Counted from the stretch's first letter, positions 19,353 to 27,953 are shown. The stretch is DNA of 31,387 nucleotides from Methanothrix sp. (GCA_037128175.1 JBAXWY010000031.1:1-31387), one strand, 5' to 3'. Made by a program: numbers and translations. The notes: generated from the sequence alone by a model not told the origin.

Positions 19353-19730
19353 TCAAGTAGTTGTCAGTTTCCGAAGTCTTTGAATGGCCTCCATTGCCCT
19401 GGCAGATTCGCGATTTCTCTCTTCTTCATAGTGCTGTATGATCATATTGAGGGTTACACTGAGCATGTAGACCTTCATGGGCCGACCTTTTCCCTCTGCG
19501 TTGATATCGCCTTCCTCTACCCAGTTATTTGAGCGTAATGCACGCATAGCTATGCTCACTTCTGGCTGCCTCATGCGTGTTGCCGTTTCGATTTCTCTGG
19601 AGTTTGCTTCGCTCACTCTTGCCAGAAAGGTGATCAACATGGCTACGTTTCTTGGCACATCCAAGCTTCGCAGTGCCTCGACGAATTCCAGATCCTTTTC
19701 ATCCAGCACTTTGACAGAAGTTTGTTTAAT
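19353..19730 (-). CDS. Archaeal winged-helix transcriptional regulator (MarR/ArsR-like, methanogen-expanded family)
   Basis: LDEKDLEFVEALRSLDVPRNVA...SREIETATRMRQPEVSIAMRALR...GKGRPMKVY. GTG at 19709; in-frame extension KQTSVK starts at ATT 19730. Confidence 0.88.
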   Translation of the reverse strand: MKQTSVKVLDEKDLEFVEALRSLDVPRNVAMLITFLARVSEANSREIETATRMRQPEVSIAMRALRSNNWVEEGDINAEGKGRPMKVYMLSVTLNMIIQHYEEERNRESARAMEAIQRLRKLTTT

Positions 19731-19858
19731 TATAATCCCTCAAGATTTATACATATATTAGTCGCATATAAATATTTTCTTTATCGAGATTATTAATACC
19801 TCCTGGTCAGCCAATGAGCATAAGTAGAGCAGAGCAAGAGGTTTTTAGGCAGCTTTAT

Positions 19859-19914
19859 TTTAAAACGCAATACCCCGCAGCTTGCTGCGCGTGGGTGCGC
19901 CGCCGCCGTTTCAC
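19859..19914 (+). mobile_element. 56-bp single-hairpin mini-element derived from the IS200-type element
   Basis: TTTAT|TTTAAAACGCAATACCCCGCAGCTTGCTGCGCGTGGGTGCGCCGCCGCCGTTTCAC: left-end-like start fused through the shared hairpin to an exact copy of the right end at 18162-18202. Confidence 0.9.
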
Positions 19915-20125
19915 TATGGGTGGTCAGAAATCACTTTCGCGGCGCGCAGATGAGTCTTTTCTACTATTATTACTACTTGTTAATTGGAGACAGCCATCCC
20001 CTCGTGCTACTCCCTTTAGGCTGCCTCCAGCTATCCCTTTTAGAGGTGATTACACGGGACGATTTCTTGATCTCACCAGATCCGCATCATTCACATCAAC
20101 AATAGCGTGTTTTCCTCTGGTCAGT

Positions 20126-20461
20126 TCAATTAGCATGGAGCGCCTCCGCCTTCATCGCCCTGGCCTTCCGCCTGGCCGCCCTCGCCATCCATCTTCCGGC
20201 TGCTCCCCCCAGGTGCACATTGCGCGTCTTGCCGCCTTCGCGCCAGGAGGCCATCCAGTAGGTGTAGGTCTTAGAGCCCTTGCGGCTCTGTTTGACCTTT
20301 TCCATCTGCCACACGGTCAGGTCTTCCAGCCGGGCCTGGAGCTTGAGGGCCTCGGCCTGTGCCAGGGCCTTCTCCGCCTCGCCTTGCAGCCTTTGCGCTT
20401 CCTGGCGGGCTGCGGGTGCGCGGGCGGCTTTTTGCAGGGATCGGGCATCACGGGCCAGCTA
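20126..20461 (-). pseudogene. Decaying small basic Ala/Arg-rich protein gene (KTYTYWMASWREGGKTRNVHLG family)
   Basis: In-frame TAG at 20459-20461, no good start, and apparent compensating frameshifts around a G run after HLG. Confidence 0.7.
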
Positions 20462-20544
20462 CCCGGTGGCCGATGAGGTTCTGGCCTGAGTTATCCGGAG
20501 CCCGGACAGTAGAATTAGAAGAGAGTTTATTACGGTATTTTACT

Positions 20545-20665
20545 CTACGCCCTAAAGGATGGGGCTTCATGCTTCGACGAACCGGCGCTTACTTTGGACA
20601 TAGGCCAAAGCCATAGGTCGATTCTCTACAGGCTATCCCCCTCAGTCCGAGGGTTCTGATTCCCA
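20545..20665 (-). ncRNA. Orphan tnpB 3'-end/omegaRNA-like segment without a tnpB ORF
   Basis: ACCCTCGGACTGAGGGGGATAGCCTGT...GGTTCGTCGAAGCATGAAGCCCCATCCTTTAGGGCG resembles IS605 right ends (compare ATGAAGTGGGAAGCCGCGCCCTTCAGGACGCGG at 25238-25270). The canonical terminal TCAC is missing. Confidence 0.5.
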
Positions 20666-20827
20666 TAAGACCAGCAAAGCGGCCTGATCTTCATAAGATC
20701 GAGTTATGCCTTCGCGTTCCCAGGCATTTTTGCGATCATCCAGTATTATTAAATATAAATATTTGGGTACATAAATAGATATGAGTCATAATCTATATAT
20801 ACGTAATGTCCTGTTCGACAGGGATTA

Positions 20828-20983
20828 ATGCCCAAAACTACATTGACCTTATCCGAACCTATAGCCAAAACGCTTAAGGTTTATACGGCAAAAACAAAGA
20901 GCAGCATGCGTGCTCAAAGTGAAGTTGTAGAGGAAGCATTAAAAGAGTTCTTTGAGACGCACAACGTGTTGATCGAAATCTAA
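20828..20983 (+). CDS. Small ribbon-helix-helix-like DNA-binding protein (copy 1)
   Basis: 51 aa MPKTTLTLSEPIAKTLKVYTAKTKSSMRAQSEVVEEALKEFFETHNVLIEI: alternating beta strand, helix, then the S-x-VV-EEAL-EFF helix. Conserved with two paralogues. Confidence 0.85.
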   Translation: MPKTTLTLSEPIAKTLKVYTAKTKSSMRAQSEVVEEALKEFFETHNVLIEI

Positions 20984-21111
20984 TTCGAGATAGATGGATG
21001 ATGTAGTGCCGGTTGGAAAATCAAGCAAACAACTATATTGGTACAGAGATATCTTTTATAAGTCCAAATAGCATTTACCTTACATCAGAGAAAAAAGGAC
21101 TGTGGTAAGTA

Positions 21112-23352
21112 ATGGTCGCTGATCCAAACAAGTGGTTCTTGAAGTTTTCGCCAAACGGAGGGGGGCGTCCCTGGGGCGATGATACATACATGGCCAAAAG
21201 GCAGGGTAATTGCATGCCTTGGGATGAAAACTGCAAGATCATCCCTCTGATTGGCGGGTATGAGGCATTGTCCGCGATGAGAGAATCCCTGGAAGCAGCG
21301 ATCTTTGAAGCCAAACAAGGCAAGAAAGGGTATGTATATATCGCCGATTTTCGACTAAATCCCTTGAGAGACCTGTCCGATGATAATCCTTGGATAATCC
21401 AAAATCGCCCCTGGAATGAGAGCGATGCTTCAATAAAGGATCAGACCGTGCTGGGATTTATCCTGCGTCTGATGCAGGCCGGGATCAATGTTAGGATACT
21501 ATTGTGGTTACCGATAAGGGCGTCCATAATTGCAGGGCTAGGTTCACACATTAGCGATCACTTTTACATAGCCGAAGTTGTGAGCAAGGAATGCGAGAGG
21601 CTCTGCAAGAATGATCCCAGTGCAAAAGATCGAGGCGTAGTAGCTCTGGACATGAGGGTGGCTTCTCCCTTAACCTCTACCCATCACCAAAAGATGATGG
21701 TGATCCGCGTGGGTGATGTAAACGTAGCTTATTGCGGGGGGGTGGATCTGGCCTTCACCAGAAGAGACACACCAGACGGCACACATCCCTATGCATATGA
21801 TCCGAATGCCACGCTCGACGATCTGCTCGTTCTTATGCAATCTAATCCGCCTCAATTCCTGGGCGGGGACTGGCAATCAGGGAAAAACGTCCCTCATGTC
21901 TTCGATGGCGAAGACAAGACTCATCGCTGGCCGAAAAGCCTGGATACAATCTATGATGCATTAAAAGAAGTATCCGTGCCTTTGCACCCGGAGCCTGATC
22001 TGCCGAAAGAAGTCTATGGTGACGACAATCAAATCTGGCATGATCAGCACCTGCGGCTTCAGGGACCAATCATAAGGACGCTCGAGGAGCAGTTCTGTGA
22101 AAGATGGCAAGACTGGGGAAAAGTACATGACTCTGGATTCTGGGGAAGATTGCACTTTAACAGTAAAAATCAGATTATCTTCAGCTCAAAAACGGCCATT
22201 ACGGATGATGACGTAACGAGATTGAATGAGCCAAAGGAAGTAGATCCTGTGCCAGGGGGCTCATCTCTGGTACAGATGTGGCGTACCATTCCCCTGCGTA
22301 CAGAGCGCAAGAGGCCTCCGTTCATGAGGGGGGAGTTTACAATCATGGCGGGAATCGCCAATGCATGTCAGGCAGCGGACGAATTGATCTGGATCTTTGA
22401 TCAATACTTCTTTAGCAGGCCCCTCGCCAGACTGCTTAACCACCTGATCAAGGAGGATAAGAAAAAGAAGCTTTGCGTCATTATTGTGCTTCCACCATAT
22501 GCTGACAATCATCCCCATGAAGTGCACCATGCAAGGAAGCTGGCCCTCAACGATTTAACTGACGGCTTAACGCTTGGTTCCGGTGAATTCGAGCGCATAG
22601 GCGTATATAATCTCTGGCATCCTTCCCGAATATCAGGCGGCATTTACTGTCATGCGAAAGTTCAGATGTATGATCGCAGTCTATTAGTATGTGGTTCGGC
22701 AAACCTGAACCGCAGATCCTTCACCTGTGATAGCGAACTTGATTGTGCTGTTTTAGATGAGGACTTAGTCTTAAAGCATTATCGCAGGCTTTGGCGCGTC
22801 CTCTTTCCGGATATTGCCTGGCCAAGCCAGATCAATTTCAACGATCCAAATGGCGGATGGGGAAGGCAATTCTTCGATGCCTTTGAGAACGCAGCTAAAT
22901 CACAGAATTCTTACTTAATACATGACCCATGGTGGAATGCCGATAAACAGATAAAGCCTATTAGTATCGATGGCAAAACCAAGGCTGCGGTGGAAATAAG
23001 GCCACCCAGGCTACCCGCCGACCCTGCCGAGGCCAGGAAGGACCCAAGCAATTGGACAGGTGTCGCACGAGAACAGGATTATGAGGAGGATTATTTGGAG
23101 GATGCAAGGGGGACCCTAAAAAATCCTCTGCTAGAAAAAGAAGATCTCTTGTCATTAGGAAAAAGATATGTAGCAAAGATCGAAGACGGTCTCTTAGAAC
23201 CCAGTTCTCTAAATGCAAAAATAGAATCCGAAATATGCCCAAAATCGAGCGAAGTATTGGGAGATCCCGAGGCACCCGGCAGATTGGACGAGATTGTGTT
23301 TCTAATTGAAAACTGTGGTCATGGAGATAAATGGCCCTGGAGAGTGCCTTGA
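21112..23352 (+). CDS. Phospholipase D superfamily protein with two HxK motifs
   Basis: HHQKMMVIR..AYCGGVDLA, WHDQHLRLQGP, IWIFDQYF, HAKVQMYD..CGSANLNRRS. Confidence 0.9.
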   Translation: MVADPNKWFLKFSPNGGGRPWGDDTYMAKRQGNCMPWDENCKIIPLIGGYEALSAMRESLEAAIFEAKQGKKGYVYIADFRLNPLRDLSDDNPWIIQNRPWNESDASIKDQTVLGFILRLMQAGINVRILLWLPIRASIIAGLGSHISDHFYIAEVVSKECERLCKNDPSAKDRGVVALDMRVASPLTSTHHQKMMVIRVGDVNVAYCGGVDLAFTRRDTPDGTHPYAYDPNATLDDLLVLMQSNPPQFLGGDWQSGKNVPHVFDGEDKTHRWPKSLDTIYDALKEVSVPLHPEPDLPKEVYGDDNQIWHDQHLRLQGPIIRTLEEQFCERWQDWGKVHDSGFWGRLHFNSKNQIIFSSKTAITDDDVTRLNEPKEVDPVPGGSSLVQMWRTIPLRTERKRPPFMRGEFTIMAGIANACQAADELIWIFDQYFFSRPLARLLNHLIKEDKKKKLCVIIVLPPYADNHPHEVHHARKLALNDLTDGLTLGSGEFERIGVYNLWHPSRISGGIYCHAKVQMYDRSLLVCGSANLNRRSFTCDSELDCAVLDEDLVLKHYRRLWRVLFPDIAWPSQINFNDPNGGWGRQFFDAFENAAKSQNSYLIHDPWWNADKQIKPISIDGKTKAAVEIRPPRLPADPAEARKDPSNWTGVAREQDYEEDYLEDARGTLKNPLLEKEDLLSLGKRYVAKIEDGLLEPSSLNAKIESEICPKSSEVLGDPEAPGRLDEIVFLIENCGHGDKWPWRVP

Positions 23353-23399
23353 CCTCATTCGACTTCATCGCTCGTCTCTGGAATGGATATGCCAAAAAA

Positions 23400-24074
23400 A
23401 TGATAAGTGCAATCTTAGAAAGGAAATACAGTAATAGAGATCTGGCACTCATATTTGTGCTCCTACTCTTGCTGGCGCTCCTGCTCTCGTATGCGGTAGC
23501 TTGGTCCCCTGTCTTGCCCTTCGACGCGAAGTCTTACGAGGAGTTGCAAGAACAAGCCAGCCCACTCTTCGACTGGCTGATGAGTGCGGTTAGTGCTCTT
23601 GGCGAAGTTGCGATTGCATTGATGCTGACTGTCTTGGCCATGCTGACCTTTGCATTGAGGCGCCAATGGTTAGAGGCGGTCTTTATGCTGGCGACAACCA
23701 GTAGCGTGCTGCTGGCTTTTGTACTCAAGGAGCTTATCCATAGAACACGTCCATTCCCTCTTAATCAAAATGCTACTGGTATATTGCAGACTATAAACGA
23801 ATACAGTTATCCTAGCGGGCATGTACTATTTTTTGTCGTCTTTTTTGGGTTATTCGCCTATCTAGCATGGAAAAATTTTAGGGGACGGGCACGAGTCATC
23901 ATTATCGCTATTTGCGGTGCGTTGATCGTTCTGATCGGACCTTCACGTATATTTCTTGGGGCACACTGGGCGAGCGATGTTTTAGGCAGCTATATCATCG
24001 GCACGATATTGCTGTTGGTTCTGATTCTCGCCTATAAATGGGCGATACATCGCAAATATCATGATTATTCTTAA
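23400..24074 (+). CDS. PAP2-family membrane phosphatase
   Basis: KELIHRTRP, YPSGH, SRIFLGAHWASDV; multiple TM helices. Start likely MISAIL (23400). Confidence 0.93.
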   Translation: MISAILERKYSNRDLALIFVLLLLLALLLSYAVAWSPVLPFDAKSYEELQEQASPLFDWLMSAVSALGEVAIALMLTVLAMLTFALRRQWLEAVFMLATTSSVLLAFVLKELIHRTRPFPLNQNATGILQTINEYSYPSGHVLFFVVFFGLFAYLAWKNFRGRARVIIIAICGALIVLIGPSRIFLGAHWASDVLGSYIIGTILLLVLILAYKWAIHRKYHDYS

Positions 24075-24112
24075 CCTTGTTTTTGCTTATTTCGGAAATC
24101 TTTTTTGTGCTG

Positions 24113-25189
24113 CTATCCCTTCGAAGCTGCTGGTTCCACTTCGAAAGTTACTTTTCTAAAGTATATCATTGTCCTATAAGCTGCCAGTATGAACCCGTAG
24201 ACAGCGGGGCCAACTATCACACCCACTATTCCGATGACAAAGACCGGAGCCGTAAATGCCATGAGGGTTATGAGGGGATGGATTGAAGCGCGCGCTGATG
24301 CTAGGCGAGGAAGAATTATGTTATTAGGGATTATGGTGAGAAAGATCACTCCGAAGACCAATAGGGCTATGGCCGTGGCATAGTCTTGGGTGAGCAGGTA
24401 GTAAAGGGCAATCGGCCCAAAGATCATTTCTGGTCCTATCAATGGAACCAGGGCGACTACAGCTATTATCATGCCCCAAAATAAAGGATAGGGTATGCCG
24501 AGCACGAGGAATCCTATTGCCCCAATGATTCCGATAAGTAGGGATGTGAGAAAAAATACCCGGAAAAGGCTCTTATAGATAAGGTTCAGTTCCAGAAGAA
24601 AATGTTTGCTTACTTCCTTTTCAGAAAGTAGCCCTACAAATTCATTTATTATCCCTCTGCCGTCAACAAGGAAGTAATAGGTGAAGAATATAGCCAGCAG
24701 AAACTGAGTAAAGTATATGGGCAGATTTGAGGCGAAGCTCATGATCTGGCCCTGTAAAGCTGGTTGGACCATTATAATTAGAGCTGTGGGAATGTCTCCT
24801 ATCCCCTTCACATAATTTGCAGCCGAAGAGGGCAGGTACATCTGAGAAAAGCTATTAACGGCACTAGAAAAATTGGATACCTGTATTTGAAGATAGGCTA
24901 CGCCACCTAAGCCCAGTAAATTCGCCATCTCCGTTATAAGTGCATCGGCTGCTGCAAAGACGACAAATATTAATATAAAAAATATTATTAATATGGAAGC
25001 TAAAGCTGATGCCCGACGATGGTGACCGACGTTCCTGGTGAAATACATGAAGACCGGATCCAAAATATATGCCAGCAGAAAGCTCAAAAGAATAGTTGAT
25101 ATAAAATCTTTGCTTATATATATTGCAAAAATAATTAAAACAAATATAATAGCTGTGAATATAATGTAAAATCTGCGGTTTTGATACAT
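24113..25189 (-). CDS. AI-2E family (PerM/UPF0118) transporter
   Basis: 358-aa polytopic membrane protein with LAYILDP, YYFLVDG, ALVPLIGP and SIHPLITL...GVIVGP. Confidence 0.9.
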   Translation of the reverse strand: MYQNRRFYIIFTAIIFVLIIFAIYISKDFISTILLSFLLAYILDPVFMYFTRNVGHHRRASALASILIIFFILIFVVFAAADALITEMANLLGLGGVAYLQIQVSNFSSAVNSFSQMYLPSSAANYVKGIGDIPTALIIMVQPALQGQIMSFASNLPIYFTQFLLAIFFTYYFLVDGRGIINEFVGLLSEKEVSKHFLLELNLIYKSLFRVFFLTSLLIGIIGAIGFLVLGIPYPLFWGMIIAVVALVPLIGPEMIFGPIALYYLLTQDYATAIALLVFGVIFLTIIPNNIILPRLASARASIHPLITLMAFTAPVFVIGIVGVIVGPAVYGFILAAYRTMIYFRKVTFEVEPAASKG

Positions 25190-25234
25190 GGTGAGATATT
25201 AACGGTTCAATTCTAGATATACCTTATGTGTGAA

Positions 25235-26422
25235 CTACCGCGTCCTGAAGGGCGCGGCTTCCCACTTCATTGCCAAAACTTGCATCACTGATATGTGATG
25301 TAGTGGTTTTGGTTCTATGGGCGCTACGGGCTGTTCCATCCCAGTAATGAGTATGTTCCTGGAAGCATTGTAATCTCGATCACATGAGAATTCGCAATGA
25401 TGGCACTCATGTACTCGTACTGACAGATTTTTCTTTACGATGCTTCCACAAGCAGAACACCTTTGAGTGGTATTTCTAGGATCTACTTTTATCAACTTTC
25501 GACCAGCACTTTGAGCCTTGTACGAAAGCATAAATATGAACTTGGACCAGGATGCATCATGAATGCTGCGATGCATTCCATTGTTATGACCTTTTTCTTT
25601 CAGGCCTTTGACATCAAGATCCTCGACACAAATGATATCGAAGTTGTTGACGTACACCCGAGAAAGCTTGTGCAGAAAATCGTCTCGTTGGCAGTTGATT
25701 CTCTTATGCAGCTTAGCGATTTTATCCTTGAGGGACTTATAATTATTCGATCCCCTCACCGCTCTGGCTATCTTTCTTTGCAGCTTTGCCATTTTATCAG
25801 CAGATTGCTCGGCACATCTTGGATTCTCTATCTCATTGCCTTCGGAATCAACCACGAAGGAAGTCAAACCGACATCCAGACCCACTGCTTCCCCGGTTTC
25901 TGGTAATTGCTGTGGTTCTTGATCGGCTTGGACTATTGCGAACCATCTTTTGCCTTCTCTCTTGATTATGACGGCTTTGATGCAACCTTGAAGCTTTCGA
26001 TAGATCTTGATCCGCATATCTCCTATCTTGGACAGATGCAATATGCCATGATCTTGATCGACCTTGAATCCGGATTGGTTGTAATTCAGGGTATTGTACC
26101 AACCATACCCTTTGAAGCGAATATTACCAATCTTCCGACCGTTCTTCTTAGATGCCAAAAGTCCTTTGATGTTAGACCAAAGAGTGTAATTCACCATCTG
26201 AAGAACTTTGGAATAGACCAGATTCAGCTTTGGATTTACGAGCTTCAGAGTTGGAATCATATTCTGAGAATCATAGGTCTTGAGCTTGATGCCTTTTCTT
26301 TTTGCTTCATTCAGGTCTTGGAGAAGCCGATTATAGAGCCACCTGCAAGCATCCAAATTCTCCGCTAACTTCCATTGAGTGATATTGCTCGGGAAGATGG
26401 GATACTTGTAGCTGATAATCAT
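25235..26422 (-). CDS. tnpB: RNA-guided endonuclease TnpB
   Basis: HTH start MIISYKYPIFP, GLDVG, ICVEDL, CSAC..CHHC, RDYNAS; catalytic triad intact. The ORF extends to 26440. Confidence 0.95.
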   Translation of the reverse strand: MIISYKYPIFPSNITQWKLAENLDACRWLYNRLLQDLNEAKRKGIKLKTYDSQNMIPTLKLVNPKLNLVYSKVLQMVNYTLWSNIKGLLASKKNGRKIGNIRFKGYGWYNTLNYNQSGFKVDQDHGILHLSKIGDMRIKIYRKLQGCIKAVIIKREGKRWFAIVQADQEPQQLPETGEAVGLDVGLTSFVVDSEGNEIENPRCAEQSADKMAKLQRKIARAVRGSNNYKSLKDKIAKLHKRINCQRDDFLHKLSRVYVNNFDIICVEDLDVKGLKEKGHNNGMHRSIHDASWSKFIFMLSYKAQSAGRKLIKVDPRNTTQRCSACGSIVKKNLSVRVHECHHCEFSCDRDYNASRNILITGMEQPVAPIEPKPLHHISVMQVLAMKWEAAPFRTR

Positions 26423-26506
26423 ATGAATACAGATCTGCATACCTAATATTTATATCAGTTGAGAGCGGCGTGAAAGTAATCATGGCAAAGGACTCCGCTT
26501 TCATCC

Positions 26507-26626
26507 TGTGGCTGACGTTGTCAGCCACTCCCCCGGGCTTGCAGTCCGGAAGACCACCCTAAAGGATGGGGACTTACGATGTTTCGACTTCTCGTCGAAA
26601 CTCTCGCTGACCCGCGGTCAGCGAAA
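26507..26626. repeat. Cluster of short GC-rich hairpins nested in the IS left end
   Basis: GTGGCTGAC-GTT-GTCAGCCAC, CCGGGCT-TGC-AGTCCGG, GTTTCGAC-TTCTC-GTCGAAAC, TCGCTGACC-CGC-GGTCAGCGA. Confidence 0.85.
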
Positions 26627-26744
26627 TCCGTCCTTCGCGATCCTACAAGTTAAAAAGGCAGTTGCTGATCAAATGGTATCAATTTGACATAATAGCCATG
26701 TTTTTAAATAGAACAAGGTGTGCTAGCTTTACAGATGTGATTCA

Positions 26745-27173
26745 ATGAATGATATCGAAGATAAGCTGCAAAAGATTAACGAGTTGGGCAGCGAGTACGA
26801 AAAGAAACTTGATGCAGATGAAGAAAAATTAGCCGCCGCAAGAAAACTGGATGAGGACATCGGTGTGGCTGTAAAAGAAAAGGTAATGAATTTGGAGACC
26901 AAACTAAATCATAGAATGCCTTTTGAAGTCCGATACCCAATTGGAGAGTTCTCTGGGAGTCCAACGTTTCCTTTTAGGGCCCAGGTTTACTTAGTTAAGA
27001 CTGATGAAAACAAGATACGAATGTTTCTGTCTCATCCAGGCGGAGCCGCATTAGATGTCTCCTATATGGATGCGAATCCCGAGCTTTTAAATCTGATCAC
27101 TGATCAGAAGATCGAAGGTTTTCTCAATAGGGTCCAGGATATGCTAAAAGAGAATATTTCTAACTCTAAATAA
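26745..27173 (+). CDS. Hypothetical protein with N-terminal coiled coil
   Basis: 142-aa ORF with natural composition and an AT-rich upstream region. No family recognised. Confidence 0.7.
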   Translation: MNDIEDKLQKINELGSEYEKKLDADEEKLAAARKLDEDIGVAVKEKVMNLETKLNHRMPFEVRYPIGEFSGSPTFPFRAQVYLVKTDENKIRMFLSHPGGAALDVSYMDANPELLNLITDQKIEGFLNRVQDMLKENISNSK

Positions 27174-27339
27174 TTTTTAAGGATTGAAGGGTAGCCGCCC
27201 TCATGTTCATCATTTGAACAATCTCAGTTTTGCTAAGATGCTTAAATGCCTTGGCTAGCGAGCAGAAATCCTGCTGACTGTATCAAGGCCATCCAGGAAT
27301 TATCTTAGATAAATGGAGTAATTCCTCCAGCTTACTTGG

Positions 27340-27495
27340 TTAATCCTCGATCTTAACATTGTGCATATCGAAGAACTCTTTTAACGCCTCTTCAACCACC
27401 TGGCTTTGAGCTCGCAAGCTGCTCTTGGACTTTACGGTGTAAACCTTCAGAGTCTTAGCTAATTGTTCGGATAGGGTCAATGTAGTTTTTTGCAT
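27340..27495 (-). CDS. Small ribbon-helix-helix-like protein (copy 2)
   Basis: 51 aa MQKTTLTLSEQLAKTLKVYTVKSKSSLRAQSQVVEEALKEFFDMHNVKIED. Confidence 0.85.
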   Translation of the reverse strand: MQKTTLTLSEQLAKTLKVYTVKSKSSLRAQSQVVEEALKEFFDMHNVKIED

Positions 27496-27519
27496 GAAAA
27501 ATCATAACGAGGCTTCGTG

Positions 27520-27575
27520 TTTATATATCTTGTGTATCTTAAAATTTGGGTACCAAAAGCTTTTTATGTAATAAC
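27520..27575. promoter_or_regulatory. Back-to-back promoter cassette
   Basis: TTTATATATC toward the RHH gene and GGTACCAAAAGCTTTTTATGTAAT toward the LEA-like gene; conserved in the other copies. Confidence 0.75.
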
Positions 27576-27615
27576 ATCCTACTAAATTTAGATTCATAAA
27601 TGGAGGAATTAAATA

Positions 27616-27906
27616 ATGGCAAGTGATCGAATAGAGACGGCGAAAGCTGATACTAAGAAAGTAGTGGCTGACATAGGGAACAAGGTAGCACATGCAAAAG
27701 CTGATGTAAATGCTGATGTTGAGAAGATAAAGGCCAATTTAGAGCATGATGGATCCGAGAAGAAGGTAGCTTATGCAAAGGCTGACATAAAGGCTAATGC
27801 TGAGAAAGCGAAGGCTGATGTCGAGAATAAGGTAGCTTATGCAAAAGCTGATGCTGAAAAGGCGATGGCTGGCATAGGAAAAAAGATGAATGATGCACTG
27901 AAATAG
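27616..27906 (+). CDS. LEA-like / hydrophilic Ala-Lys repeat protein
   Basis: Repeats KVA(H/Y)AKAD..A..EKxKAD with 11-residue-like periodicity; GGAGG RBS. Confidence 0.75.
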   Translation: MASDRIETAKADTKKVVADIGNKVAHAKADVNADVEKIKANLEHDGSEKKVAYAKADIKANAEKAKADVENKVAYAKADAEKAMAGIGKKMNDALK

Positions 27907-27953
27907 ACAATGGAGAATGTACACAGTCATCAATATTTAGGAGGTGAACAGAA

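Larger units (their letters stand above)
25230..26648 (-). mobile_element. Second IS200/IS605-family tnpB-only element
   Basis: Right-end hairpin GCCGCGCCCTTCAGGACGCGG then TAGTTCAC (ends 25230). Left-end hairpin CCCCATCCTTTAGGGTGG (~26554-26571). Left boundary inferred after TTAAC and approximate. Confidence 0.8.

Noticed and set aside
20459-20461. In-frame TAG as possible pyrrolysine codon
   Set aside because: The gene shows other lesions and lacks a good start; a nonsense mutation is simpler.
19814-20476. 220-aa plus-strand ORF
   Set aside because: Chimera of the 56-bp mini-element, low-complexity DNA and the antisense strand of a pseudogene.
23331-23399. Upstream start for PAP2 overlapping the PLD stop
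   Set aside because: The extension looks non-conserved and ATG 23400 gives a typical PAP2 length; not certain.
26507-26626. Hairpin cluster as CRISPR array or tRNA
   Set aside because: No identical repeats with unique spacers, no cloverleaf with T-loop consensus, and no cas genes.
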